Part shown: positions 1 to 12,900 of the stretch, piece by piece | Numbering within the stretch: position 1 is the first letter of the stretch | How the letters are laid out: each line of letters begins with the position of its first letter | Assembly (NCBI RefSeq): GCF_032191835.1 | Contig: NC_083237.1 | Coordinates: forward strand, 40,176,001-40,240,000 | DNA: 64,000 nt | Direction: 5' to 3' | From: Heteronotia binoei | Lineage: Eukaryota | Program-made: the position numbers and the translations under genes | The notes under the pieces: model-generated | Told to the model about the DNA's origin: nothing | The model's input: the letters and a program-made list of their open reading frames with translations, nothing else | Database searches by the model: none

Positions 1-217
1 TTGAACAGACTGCACACCAGTGTTTTAAAAATGAGTTTATTAATGTTTATCTAAAAATTAATATGCAAACATGAGAAATATATTTCAATGTGCTATTAGA
101 TTTATAGGGGGAATTAAGTACATACATGTTCCAGTAGGGTTGCCAACTCTGGGGTGGAAAATTCTAGGGAGTTACGATGGATCCCAGGGAGGGCAGAGTT
201 TGGGGAACAGGGGGGGA

Positions 218-622
218 CCAACTTATGGTGTCTCTTTAGGTTTTTAAGGCAAGACACAAATAGAGATGGTTTGCTATTGCTGTTGTGTAATGTACTGAGT
301 TACGAGATGGGTTGAAGGCAACATGCTTTATTCGGTGGCACATTACAAGAGAGAGAACACGCGAGCCGGGCCCCGCTTATATACATTTCCCGGAACTGCC
401 TCCCAGTCTGATCAGTCCAATCCTGGCCAGTTAAACTTCCCACCACAGATCTTGATGGGCGGGGCGTCTGGCGAGCTACATCCGGGGACCCGTGGGTTTC
501 TCTTGGTCGCCTCTGTAGCTATCACCATGCGGTACATTAGCTTACATTTCAAGACATAACATGCTGTGTACCAATCATGGACTTCCTTAGTGGTTTTCCA
601 TCCGAGTACCAGCCAGCACTAA
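218..622 (-). mobile_element. 5S rRNA-derived SINE, split by a solo LTR
   Basis: The minus strand of 560-622 resembles the 5S internal promoter region (…cagatctcagaagttaagcagggttagtgctggctggtactcggatgg…). The body gcaatagcaaaccatctc…ccataagttgg is shared with copies at about 8960-9140, 39215-39440, 47455-47625 and 55390-55550. Confidence 0.7.
281..561 (-). mobile_element. Solo LTR, 281 bp
   Basis: TG…CA ends with a 7/8 inverted match (tgttgtgt/acataaca). The minus strand has TATATAA near 380 followed by AATAAA near 328. It is absent from the paralogous position near 9020. The TSD is not clean (only tgc/tgc). Confidence 0.7.
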
Positions 623-1799
623 CCCTGCTTAACTTCTGAGATCTGACAAGATAGGGCTAACCTGAGCCATCCAGGTCATGGCAAACATCTACATTTCTGA
701 AATTTAATGACACAGCATGATGCAACATTTTATTTCTGGACTGCATTTGCCACTTACTAGTGCCAAGCAGTAGGACAAATGTGGCAGCAACAGAATTAAC
801 TAATGTCACACCAGAGAATCCAGCATGGTTTTTAATTTTGTTTTGGCAGAAACAAGGCAATAGAAGCCCAGCTGAACACTCAACATTGCATGATGGGCAG
901 ACACTTTTGTTAGCCTCTTGAATGAAGATCAGCCCAGTATGCAGAAGCCCAGCAAAGTTGAGCTGCCATTTGCCACAGTGGCACTGGGCTCTGTTGTCCT
1001 GCAAGCTCCTCCCATTGTTTGAATTCTGTGATTGAAATCAGTCCAGTAGAGCTGGACTGGCATTTGCCACAATGGCACTGGGTTCTGCTGCTGGGATGTA
1101 GTAGGCTGGCACTGGGTTCTGCTGCTGGGTACTAGTACATTGCACTGGTTCTCTTGTCTTTGCAGAAATGCTCTTCTCTACTTCAGAGATTCTCAGATTT
1201 GACCTTAATCCGCTTGGGTTTCAGCAGTGTCACAATGACATGGGTTCTGCTAGGCACATTGCACTGGTTCTGCTTTTGACCTTACAAACATGCCCCCTCT
1301 CCATACTTTACTTTCTACTGCAGAGACTCTCTGAGAGAATCTGCTGGGCTTGCTGTATGCCTGCCTTGCTTTCTCCCCCACCAACTGGAAACAATGGAGG
1401 TGCCTTCTTTGGGTGCCCATAGAATTGGGCACTCTGGTCCAGTCTTTTTGAAACTTGGGATTCTTTTTTGAGAGGCTCCGTCAGCTACACTGCAAATTTA
1501 GCATAGCTCTACCTCAGTCTCCTTCCTCCCAGTCCACTGGATATACCCTGAGAGCTTTGCCACTAGCTATAATGCCCCCATCAGAGAATCTGATTCAGCT
1601 CAATGAATGCCAGAATTATGCCAAAAGGGCATGATTTTGGTATTAATTCAGATCAGAAATGCCTAATGCACATCCTTGTCCCCCCAATCCCAGATTATAT
1701 CCTGAGACAAATGGGTATGCTTTTTAAGTGGTTTGTTTTAGCTACTTCACAAATGTACCTTAGAATTCTTGTGATAAGGCTTAGGATTTTAACTGTTAC

Positions 1800-2090
1800 T
1801 ATTTCTCCAGAGACGTAGTCAATTCTTCATGTTTTCAAAAGCAAAGGAACTCTCTTTTGGCATTCTATGTCCCAGGGGTTAAATCACTTGAAAATAATTT
1901 CTCCCTTTAATCAGATATGAACCTTTTATAATAGATCAAAATGATCAATGAATATTCTCATATTCAGTGGATGTTTACTACTTTTGTGGTATTGCCTCTC
2001 CTGGTGACTTTTATTTTATAGACTAGTTTATTTTACTGACTAATTTAACATCTCATCTGAAAAAAGGGAATAGAGCCCACACAGGTAAAA
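1800..2090 (+). promoter_or_regulatory. Putative OR promoter and non-coding exon 1 of the 5608 gene
   Basis: O/E(EBF)-like TCCCAGGGG at 1870-1878, TAATCA at 1908-1913 and splice donor CAG|GTAAAA at 2085. Homologous blocks lie upstream of the other ORs (about 10780-11050, 38410-38690, 45745-46025). Confidence 0.55.
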
Positions 2091-4664
2091 CTCATAGGGG
2101 GGAATATGTTTTGATACACTATTATCTGTCTGTGGGTGCCATCATTGCCAGCCATATGACTCCTTCGTCTTGCATTCTCCACATATGGTGGCATTTGAGG
2201 AAAAGGAGAAATTATGAGCTAAGCACAGTCTGCACTGTCATATTAGGATAAACTAGTATTGCTATGGCAAATGAGGATAGATTCATCTCTCTTCAAATAG
2301 CAAGGTTTGTTGCCACCAACATAAAGATGAAAGTGAGACCTGTTGATGTAAGCGTGCTTGACCTACAGGTTAATTGGTCTACTCTAGGTCATTAGCCATT
2401 GAATTAATAAATTCTATATATTCATGGTATGTTACCAGGGGTTTATCCTGAGATACTGTTAACTATTTCTATATTTTATTTTACTTTATTAAAAATGTTT
2501 TATTTAAAAAATGCTGCCTAAATGTTTTTAAAGGTGCATGGCATGACAGTCCTAATAATAGTTAAGCTATCGTGCATGCATTGACTTCAGTAGGCATAGG
2601 AAGATGTAATTCTACTCAGAATTGCACTGTAAAAGGTCTTCCCAAATTTTGTGTCATGCTGAACCATTTCCTCACTGCTTTGTATTATTAATAGCAGCTT
2701 GATTTTCAGAGGTTATTAAATGAGTACTTTTCTCTCCATGTCCTTATAAGAGCCGCCTAATAATTTTTGATTATCGTGTCACTGAAGAAACTGCACCAGG
2801 AACTATGTGCAGAGGTGATAGTCACAGTCCACAAGACAAAGTACAACTTTGTTCTAAAAGCATCTTGCCTCTTCAGTTGTGGGAACATCTGTAGCAAAAT
2901 CTGAGAAACTCTCAGCTCAATCCATTCAAAGGGTGAATATTATTGAAGAAAACAGGTCTGTTGGTAATGTATAGAAGAGAGATGGGTGTTTCAAATTAGT
3001 GCATAAATTTATTGGTTAATATTTCAGCAGCACTGATATTTTCCTAATGGAAGTCTGAATATTCATGTTTTCATATTTTAATAAAGTATGCTATTAAAAT
3101 AAGAAACATTTGGAACAACTGAAAATGTAGTATAAGAATATTTAAAACATCTACTCCCAAATAAAACATTGAAATTGATTTTTAAAAATATGTATTATTG
3201 TCCTTAGTCTGGGAAAAAGCAGAATGTGGATCAAGTGCAGTGGAGCCATATTTAAAAATGTTGCAGTCAGATGTTATGCATATTTTCTTACAACATAATC
3301 CTGACAATTCAATTACATTTACTCCCCCAAACAGTACAGAATCTTTCAAAAAATCTTCAGTCATTCACAAACATACCCGCACATAGACATTTTGAGATCA
3401 ATGGATTGAACTGACCCCACTCTGCTCTGCATAATATTGATCCATTTATGACCCCAGGCAATAACATTCACTTTCTAACAAAGGTTACACATATTAGCAA
3501 AAATAGGAAAATGCACCAGTTTCAGCCATGCAGTGTTACATTCTGTAAGTTCTCTTGAAAACTGAAATGCAAAAACAACAAACAATGTGTTGGAGCTCGG
3601 TGGGACTGTTTGGCACAGAAAGTCTTTCAGAATATAAGAATTTACAGGCAGACAAGAAACATGGCAGAAACAAGAGAAACGAGCAAAATGTTCAACAGGA
3701 GCAGGCATACATTAGAAGATTTGGAATGGTATAAACACACCCTGAATCAGAATATACATTATTCTAATGGCTCTCTTTGGGGCTGGCATCTCCAGCTATA
3801 AACTAGCTACAGTTGTTAAATGAGAAATTATATGAGATTACAGTCATGGCATCAAATGTTTGGGTAGGAAAAGGGCAACACGCTGCTGTCTTTCTTCTGT
3901 TGCCTGATTTTGGTAATGCCTGTCATGGAAACTTTGTAGAGGCCAATAGTGGCAGAAGGCAACAGAGAAAAAGGAATAACAATTGAAATAGGAAATAAAA
4001 AGAGATTCACCATGGAATTAGGGTTTCTTTTTAAAACACCTAGATATTGCACAGAATATAATGACTATTTTATGAATTCTTGAAAGTCAAGTGTGAAAGT
4101 GCAGAGAAGTTGGGAAGCTTAATTCACATGTTGATTGGTTTTCCAGCACTGGTGTGGTAATCTGTTAAAATGCAGGAACCATTCCACAATATGCTGACAA
4201 TCTTCTCAGGTAAACATAATATTACTTTATTTGAAACAAAATACTGTCAATATAGAACAGAGAAGGAGGTCCACCATAGTCTTCATAGAACCTTCCCTAG
4301 ATTCTGACTGCAGAAAGAGAGACATAAGTAAAACCTGGCTTGGAACTTCAATGTAGTGTAGTGGTTAGAGCATCAGTCTGGCATCCATGAGGTCCACATT
4401 CAAATCCCTACTGTACCTAGATGACCTTGGACCAGTTCTTCTCAATCAGTCTCACCTACCTTACAGTGTTAGTAAAAGAATGAAGTACTAAGCTATCTGA
4501 TTTACATCTGGTGGAATATGAATATCTAAATACATTTATCCATTTGTTGAAATATTCTGGTACCTTCCTGTTATAGCAAAAGAGAGAGAGAAAGAGAGAA
4601 TGTACCCCAATATCTGCATAATTCTCACCACTGCCACATTAAATGCCTCTGTCACCATAATAAT

Positions 4665-4944
4665 AGAAGCCCCGTGGCACAGAATGGTAAAGCTGCAGTA
4701 CTGCAGTCTTAAACTCTGCTCATGGCCTGAGTTTGATCTCGGTGGAAGCTGGGTTCAGGTAGCCAGCTCAAGGTTGAGTCAGCTTTCCATCCTTCCAAGG
4801 TCAGTAAAATGAGTAAAGTGTAGATGACTGGGGAAGGTGATAGCAAACCACCCTGTAAAAAGTCTACCATGAAAACATTGTGATGCAACATCACCCCAGA
4901 TTTGGAAACGACTAGTTGCACAGGGGACTACTTTTACCTTTTTT
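4665..4944 (+). mobile_element. tRNA-derived squamate SINE (Sauria/Squam-type, RTE-like tail)
   Basis: tRNA-like head, central ggttgagtcagctttccatccttccaaggtcagtaaaatgagta and tail gcacaggggactacttttacc. Same family as 40922-41221 and 54565-54878. Confidence 0.8.
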
Positions 4945-5607
4945 ACCATAATCACCTCTGGAATATCTTGTCTGGCATTAAAAATGCTCCTCTTCATCCA
5001 TTTCTTGTATATACTGGCAGAAGGATGTCCACTTCCTTTTTCATGATTTCAAAGGGGAATTCAAATACAAACCTTTCATTAGGTAGTATGTGATTCAACA
5101 CTTTCCACTGTTTCATATGCAACTCCATATGTAGCATTCCCTGACTTTACAATTCAGAGAGTCTTTCTCAATAATTCCTATGGGTCTTTTAACCTAATAT
5201 TTTTTAATTCTAACATGAAATTTAAAATTCATAATGTGCCACTAAATATTTTCTTGATGACCAGTCAGTGCTGACTTGATTTAATTCTGCTTTGGTAAAG
5301 GTATTTCAGCAGCAATTGATCATTACACAATTCCATTATTATTATTATGGAAAGCCAGATATCTAGGGGCTTGAGAATGCAAAACCTTTTTTGTACTTCA
5401 GTGTGTACTGCCTTATGAGTGTGTCAAATGAAAATGTAACTGGAGCACTAAAACAAGAAAGCATGTTTTATGTTTATATGCTACTCAAGTGTTAAACAGC
5501 TAAAAGATTCACAGTTATCCCTGTAACAGTTTATTTTTTCAAAGACTTCCATTCTATTAGGAAAGGAGTAACTGGGCTTTGCTGTTGTTGTTTTTATTTC
5601 CGCAGCA

Positions 5608-6549
5608 ATGGAGAACCGAACTGAAGTGCATGAGTTCATTCTTCTGGGTTTTACATATGAACACAGTGGGCGGTACACTTTCTTTGTGATGTTTCTTCTG
5701 CTCTACTTGGCCAGTTTGCTGGGAAATGGAGCCATTTTGGCTGTAGCTATAGCTGAGCCTCGACTCCATACCCCCATGTATTTTTTTCTGGGCAATCTCT
5801 CCTGCCTGGACATGTGCTACTCCACTGTTACTGTGCCCAAAATGCTGAGTGGCTTCTTAACAGAACACCAAGCAATTTCTTTTATTGAATGTCTGGTTCA
5901 ATTGCATTTTTTTTACTTCCTGGGCAGTGGTGAAGGCATCCTTCTGGGGGTTATGGCCTTTGATCGCTACATGGCTATCTGCAACCCTCTGCGCTACACA
6001 GTCATCATGAATAAATTGACTTGCCTTCTGTTAGCTGGGGCCACCTGGGTTGCTGGCTTTTTTCATGCCATGATGCATACTGTGGCAACCTCTCAGTTAT
6101 GGTTCTGTGGCCCCAATCATGTTCAGCACTTCCTCTGTGATGTCAAACCTCTGTTAAAATTGGCCTGCAGTAACACCACCCTCAACCTCAGCCTCCTTAA
6201 TATTGTTACTGGCTGCATTGCTATGAGTGGCTTCTTCCTCACTTTTCTCTCCTACTTGTACATCATATCCTTCCTCTTCTTCAAAGTCCAGTCCTGGAAG
6301 AGTCGCTGGAAAGCCTTCTCTACTTGTGCCTCCCACCTGACTGTCGTGGCTCTCTTGTATGTTCCAGTTCTTTCCAACTACTTGCTTGCATCTGTTGGGG
6401 AGTCTGCTAAAAGAGAGATGATCATCACTATATTGTACAGTGCAGTCACTCCAGTTTTGAACCCTCTGATCTATACACTGAGAAATCAAGAGATGAAATC
6501 TGCTCTGAAAAAAATCTTCAGTCAGGAACGTTTGTTTGGAAGGATATGA
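5608..6549 (+). CDS. Olfactory receptor, OR12D-like, intact (313 aa)
   Basis: Motifs [40 protein letters not shown] and PVLNPLIYTLRN. LHFF…LGS and CDVKPLLKLAC match the OR12D family as recalled. Splice acceptor ttttatttccgcag|caATG. Confidence 0.95.
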   Translation: MENRTEVHEFILLGFTYEHSGRYTFFVMFLLLYLASLLGNGAILAVAIAEPRLHTPMYFFLGNLSCLDMCYSTVTVPKMLSGFLTEHQAISFIECLVQLHFFYFLGSGEGILLGVMAFDRYMAICNPLRYTVIMNKLTCLLLAGATWVAGFFHAMMHTVATSQLWFCGPNHVQHFLCDVKPLLKLACSNTTLNLSLLNIVTGCIAMSGFFLTFLSYLYIISFLFFKVQSWKSRWKAFSTCASHLTVVALLYVPVLSNYLLASVGESAKREMIITILYSAVTPVLNPLIYTLRNQEMKSALKKIFSQERLFGRI

Positions 6550-6562
6550 ATTTATTTTCTTG

Positions 6563-8520
6563 ACTTCCAGGCTTTGTTGCTTTAAGCTCAGTAGGGGTTC
6601 ACGGAGCTTGTCTCTAGCAGCCTCCCTGAATCAGGCGGTTGGAGAGGTGCCGCAGCCACGGCATCTCTAGGGAGACCCTGGAGGGGTTTCCTTTTAGTAT
6701 GGGGCTTTGCAGAAAGCCAGGGTTATAGCAGCAGCTGTTCTCTGTCCTTTTTGTGTGCTCCAGTGCTCCACCGCCAATTGCCATTACAGCTGAAAGAGGT
6801 GAGCACCCGACTGCTTGCTTTTCTTTCTTCTAACAAGCTTCTGATGCATCACTTTTCTACCTTAAGTACTGCAATTCTACTCTGCAAGCACGTTTGCTAT
6901 TCAATACCATTGGCTAATGGGTCATTTTACATAACAACAAACAGGACCATTCAAAGGAAGGGAAAGAAGTGAATCCCCACCACCACCACCACTTTTCTAT
7001 GAGACCAGCTTCCAAAAGACAAAGAACAACTTTGAGCATTTTCAATAATATGAATTAGACTGAATATAGATACTTAAATCGACCCGGTTTATGACTGAAT
7101 AAGTGATAAAGAGATCACCATTTGGTTATAATTTGGTCTGAACAAAAACGAGATATATTTTAGAGAGATTTGTATTTGTTGGCTAAGTGGAATTGAAATG
7201 GCAATAATCAAAACACATGGCTGAAGGAGAATTGGAAGGATAGACTAACTGGATTTCTGAGTTATTTCTCAACTTTGATTACTAGACTGAGTTATTCTGT
7301 GGAGAAAAATGGCATTGCAATGTGAAATGTTTCATTAAAAAATATGATACCATAATTTCTCTAAAACAAAACCTTGGTTCACTAACAGAGTTGATAAAAA
7401 AAGCAAATGGGAGCTTTTATTTTGAAAGGTAGCGAAACAAATCTTTATGAGCAGAGTGATAAAAAGATCTCGGTGAATGTGGAATTTGGGCAAAAGGATA
7501 AAGATCCATTGGAAAGGAGCTGAAGAGAAACAAAATGAAACCTGATGGCACAGTTTATAAAGAAGACTGGAAATTAAGACTGTTTAAAGCTTCTCTGAGA
7601 GGAATTGGCAGTGTGGGAACCTTGTCATTCTTACAGAGAGGGACGTACACACTAAGGAGAGAGGAGGCATATTTCAGCAAAAAAATGAAGACATGGAAAA
7701 CTTTCAAGAAGAAGGGATTTAAAATTATTTTTCTCTCTGTAGCTAATTGGCTAATATGGAACTCTTAATAAGAACTGATATGCGATTTTAAAAAGCCAAG
7801 TGAGATATTAGGTTGGTCCATCTCAGCAATATGGATATAGGAGTTACAGTATCCAAAAGCTTTAAAAAGAATTTTACATAAATAAAAAATTAATTTTGAT
7901 CAATTCGTAAGAAGGCAGACAACACAATTATTTTTTAATCTGGTAGATCTGTTCTTAATATGTTTGTTTGGAGAAACTGTTTATACTAAGACAGATAAAC
8001 TATTATGTTTTTTTTGTTTAACACTTCTTTATCTCTCTACTTTTAATGTTACTTTAAATTTGTTTTTTTCTCTCTCTCTTTGCTTGAAATAAGTAAGTTA
8101 GAAGGATAAAGAGATATTTGTTTTCTATGCTTATCCAAATGATGATGTTGTTAAAATAATGCCAACTTGTACTTTTAATATGGTTAAACTTAGCCAGTTA
8201 GATTTGTGATGTGATCTCTCTGACTTTTTGTATCTATATGTGCTGAGGAAGAATAGTTTAGATTTCTATTTTAAATAAGAGATTAGTAAAAAATGTATAA
8301 TGGAAAATGAGGAAGGTAGAATATATGGGGAAAATTTAATACTTGCAGGTAGAAAGAACCGGGTATCTTGTTCTGAGGTAGAAATGAAACTGATATATAT
8401 ATATGTAGCTTTCTTTGTTTCTGGTTTCCCATTTTGTACTCACCCTTCCCTCTTGTTGTTTCTGTATCTTTGCATATGCTTTCTCTTTTTATAGTTAAAA
8501 TCAATAAGAATTATAAAAAC
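6563..8520 (+). mobile_element. About 1.96 kb non-LTR insertion, probably an internally deleted L1-like element
   Basis: Exact 16-bp TSD TGAATTTATTTTCTTG at 6547-6562 and 8521-8536. The paralogous empty site is at 24044-24310. It has a GC-rich 5' start (gacttccagg…) and an A-rich decayed 3' end. The L1 assignment rests on general resemblance only. Confidence 0.6.
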
Positions 8521-8959
8521 TGAATTTATTTTCTTGCTCTCTGTTTTCTGTCCCCACATTTCATTCATGCTGGGAGCTGACCAAGATGCATTCATTATCT
8601 AAAACAGGCATATGTGATAGATGATGGCCCTTGTTTAGTGACTTCAGGGCAAACTAAACTGGCCTGCAAATCATGATAATCAAAGTGAACAGGTTTATGC
8701 CTACTCCAGTTTTGCTTGCCTTGATTTTCTCTCATATAAGTCAGTTTTAGATTGTTGGGAATTCTGAAACATGGAAAGAGGTTCATTGTGATATGGGCTA
8801 AGAATTTTGGACATGATATACTAATAAAGCAGTGGGAAAGATTATGGTCAAATGTTTAAGTACACACATGTTCCAGATAGGATTGCCAATCCTGGAGTAG
8901 AAACTTCTGGAGATATAGGGGTGGATTCCAGGGAAGGCAGAGTTTGGGGAACAGGGAGA

Positions 8960-9140
8960 GCCAACTTATGGTGTCCCTTTAGGGTTTTCAAGGCACGGCA
9001 TGGCACAGAGATGGTTTGCCATTGCCTCTGCATATCAATCTTGGATTCTCTTAATTGTCTCTCATCCAAGTACCAACCAGTGCTGACCCTGCTTAGCTTC
9101 TGACAAGATAGGGCTAGCCTGAGCCATCTAGGTCATGTCA
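8960..9140 (-). mobile_element. 5S-derived SINE (duplicate of 218-622 without the LTR)
   Basis: ccaagtaccaaccagtgctgaccctgcttagcttctga…gggctagcctgagccatctaggtcatg on the plus strand. Confidence 0.7.
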
Positions 9141-9450
9141 AACTGTATCTACAGTTCTGAAATTTCATGACACAGCATGATTTGACATTTTATTTCTGGA
9201 CTACATTTGCTACCTACTAGTGCCAAGCAGCAGTGCCAATGTGGCAGCAACAGAACAAACCAATGTCACACAAGATAATCTGACATAATTTTTAATTTTG
9301 TTCGGCAGAAACAAGGGCAGTAGAAGCCCAGAAGAACACTCAAAATTTAACGATGGGTAAACACTTTTTTTTATCTCACTTGAACGAGGGCCAGCCAAGT
9401 ATGCAAAACCCCAGCAATGTTGAGTTGCCATTTGCCGCAATGGCACTGGG

Positions 9451-9915
9451 TGTCAGCCGATGTAACTTTCCTGAATAAAATGCTTATCTGAACTGTTGCC
9501 ATCTTGAAACGCTGTTACTAACCATGAGAAAAGACCTTGCATATCAAAGTAGAGAGTTATAGATTGTTGCCAATGCTTGATGTGAACATTTCTCCCCTTG
9601 ATACTAACAAAGGCAGAAATTCCCTCTTTGAAGATAAAGCGCCTCCAGGGACAGCCGCCTGGCCATCCCTGGAAGACTAACAGTAACAATAAGATAAGAG
9701 ACGGAGACCATGTGAATCTTTGCACCTCAACTCAGCAACGTTTAGAATTGTGGCTTTGTATAGTTAACTTTGATGTAACCCAATATAGCATGCCTTCTAA
9801 TGCTACAACGTATCAGTCTCAATCTTCCTTCGTCTCGATGTTTATGGATTATCAAATAAAGCCTAACTTTGCAACAATTCAAGGTCTGGTTGATTTGAGA
9901 TCCCATCGTCTGACA
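9451..9915 (+). mobile_element. Solo LTR, 465 bp
   Basis: TGTCAGCCGATG…CATCGTCTGACA inverted ends, 5-bp TSD CTGGG (9446-9450 and 9916-9920) and AATAAA near 9855. It is absent from duplication unit 1. Confidence 0.85.
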
Positions 9916-12900
9916 CTGGGTTCTGTTGACATCAGTCCTGTTGAGCTGGACTGCATTTGTCACAATGGTACTGGCTTCTGCTACTGGGCTGTAGTAGGTT
10001 GGCACTGGGTTCCACCACAAAGCACCAGTAGGTTAGCATTGGGTTCTGTTACTGGGCACTAGTTCTGCTGTCCTTATAGAAATGCCCCACCCCTTTCAGA
10101 GATTCTCAAATTTGCCTTAAGTCCTCTTGGGTTTTGGCAGTGCCACAGTGGCACTGGATCTGCTGGGCACATTGCACTGGTTCTGTATCTGGCCTTGCAA
10201 ACATGCCCCCTCCCCACACCTTACTTTCTACTGCAGAGACTCTCTGGGAGAATCTGCTGGGCTTGTTTTATGCCTGCCTTACTTTTCCCCCACTGACTGG
10301 AAACAATGGAGGATCGGGGTATGCTATTTGGGTGTCCATGGAATTGGACCCTCTGATCCGATCTCTTTGAAACTTTGAGTCAATTGGGGGAAAAGTTCCT
10401 TCAGCTGCACTGCAAATTTGGTGCCTCTACCTCAAACCCCCTCCCTTCTGGCTCACTGGATATACTGTAGGAGCTTGGCCATTGGCTATAATGCCCCCAA
10501 AGGTATAGTGGAGCTGAGAAATTTGGGATTTCCAAATTATCTGTAAACTGAATCAGATCAGAGAATCTGATTCAGTTCAATTAATGCCAGAATCATGCCA
10601 AAAGGGCATGATTTTGGTACTAATTTAGCTCAGAAACACTGAATGCACATCCTTGTCCCCCCAATCCCAGATTTTATCCTGAGACAAATGGGTATGCTTT
10701 TTAAGTGGTTTATTTTAGCTACTTATAAATGTACCTTAGCATTGCTGTGGTAATGCTTAGGATTTTAACAGTTACTGTTTCTCCAGAGACCTAATCAATT
10801 CTTCATGTTTTAAAAACAAAAGGAACTCTTTTGACATTCCATATCCAAGGGGTTAAATCACTTGAAAATAATTTCTCCCCTTAATCAGAGATTAACCTTT
10901 TATAATAGATCAAAGTGATCAATGAGTATTTTTATATTCTGTGGATAAGTTTGCTACTTGTGGAGTATTGCATCTCTTGGTTACAGACTAATTTATTTTA
11001 CAGACTAGTTTAAGTCTCGTATGAAAAAAAGAAAATAATCCACACAGGTAAAACTCCCAGGGGGAAAATATGTTTTGATATACTATTAAGTGTTCGGTCT
11101 GTGGGTTCGATCATTGCAAGCTATATGAATCCTTGGTCCTGTGTTCTCCCTGTATGGTGGTGTTTGCAGAAAAGGAGAAATTATGAGCTAAGCACAAGCT
11201 TCGTGTCATATTAAGATAAACTAGTATTGCTATGGCAAGGTTTGCTGCCACAAACATAAAGATTAAGGTGAGACCTGTTGATGTAAGTGTGGTTGACCTA
11301 CAGGTTAATTGATCTATTCTGGGTCATTAGCCATTGGATTAATAAATTCTATATCTGCATGGTGTGTTACCCATGGGTTTATTCTGATATACTATTACTT
11401 ATTTCTGTGTTTTATTTCGTTCTATTATTTTTTATTTAAAAATGCTGCCTTCATGTTTTTAAAGGTGCATGACAGTGCAGTCCGAAGAGTTATTTCATTG
11501 TGCATGCATTGACTCAGTAGACATAGAAAGATGTAACTCTGTTCAGAATTGCAATGTAAAAGGTCGCCCCATATGTGTAAGGCTGAACCATTTCCTCATT
11601 GCTTTGTATCGTTAACAGCAGCTAGATTTGCAGAGATTATTAAATGAGTACTTTTCTCTCCATGTCCTTATAAAAGGACGCCTAATAATTTTTAATTATG
11701 ATGTCACTGTTGGAGAAACTGTGACAGGAATTATGTGTGGAGATGACAGCCACAAGACAAGACTTAGCATCTTGCCTCTTCAGTTGTGGGAACATCTGTA
11801 GCAAAATGGATGAATATTATCAAAGGAGAGAGGTCTGTTGATGATGTATACAAAAGAGACAGGTTCCAGATTAATGCATTTATTTAGCATTGTTTGGTTT
11901 TTATTGTTACTATTTCAGCAGCACTGATATTTTCCTAACGGAAGTCTGAATTTCAGGGTTTAAATATTTTAATAAAATATGGTTTGTTATTAAAATAAGA
12001 AACATTTGGCACAACCGGTAATGTGGTATAAGTGCATTTAGAACATCTACTCCCAAATAAAAAATTGAAATTGATTTTTAGAAATATATATAATTGTCCT
12101 CAGTCTGACAAAAAGCAGATCCTGGGTCACGGACAGTAGAGCCATTTTTTTTAAAGTTGCAGCCGGATGTTATGCATATTTACTTATAGCACAATCCTTA
12201 CAGTTCAATTACATTTACTCCCCCAGCAGTACAGAATCTTACAAAAAATCCCAATAATTTACAAACATATCTGCGTATAAAAAGGTAAAGATAGTCCCCC
12301 ATGCAAGTACCGAGTTGTTACCAATCCATGGGATGACATCACATCCTGACATTTTCCTGAGCATAGACTTATTGAAATCAATGGATGGAACCAACCCCAA
12401 CTCTGTTCTGCATAACATTGATCAATTTATGTCTCCAGGCAATAACACTCACTTTCTAACAAAGGTCTCAAATGTTAGCAGAACTGGAAAAATGCACCAG
12501 TTACATCCATGCAGTGTCACATTCTATCAATTCTCTTGAAAAACTGAAATGCAAAAACAACAAATAAAAACTTAATTCTTAAGTAGCAGAAAGCCTTTCA
12601 GGATATAAGAATTTACAGGCAGACAAGAAACATGACAGAAAGAGGGAAAACAAACAAAATGTTCAACAAGCTCTCAACAGGAGAAGGCAGACATTACAAG
12701 ATTTGGAATGGCATAAACACGTCTTGAATCAGAATATACGTTCTTTGGGGCTGGCTTCTCCAGCAATAGATTAGCTACATTTGTTAAATGAGAAATGATA
12801 TGAAATGGCAGTCATGGCATCAAATGTTTGAATAGGAAAAGGGCAACACCGCTGTCTTTCTTCTGTTGCCTGATTTTGATTCTGATTTGTGGGACGTCCC

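Noticed and set aside
560-622. 5S rRNA gene-like sequence (also about 9070-9140, 24430-24500, 39215-39270, 47455-47520, 55470-55550)
   Set aside because: Partial, diverged, dispersed and fused to a common SINE body, so these are 5S-derived SINE heads rather than rRNA genes.
960-1280. Degenerate GGCACTGGGTTCTGC repeats (also about 9920-10200)
   Set aside because: They appear to be the interior of an old repeat copied by the segmental duplication; family and boundaries could not be established.
6154-6489. Antisense ORFs over OR genes (also 23652-24029 and 56175-56495)
   Set aside because: Shadow frames of OR codon usage.
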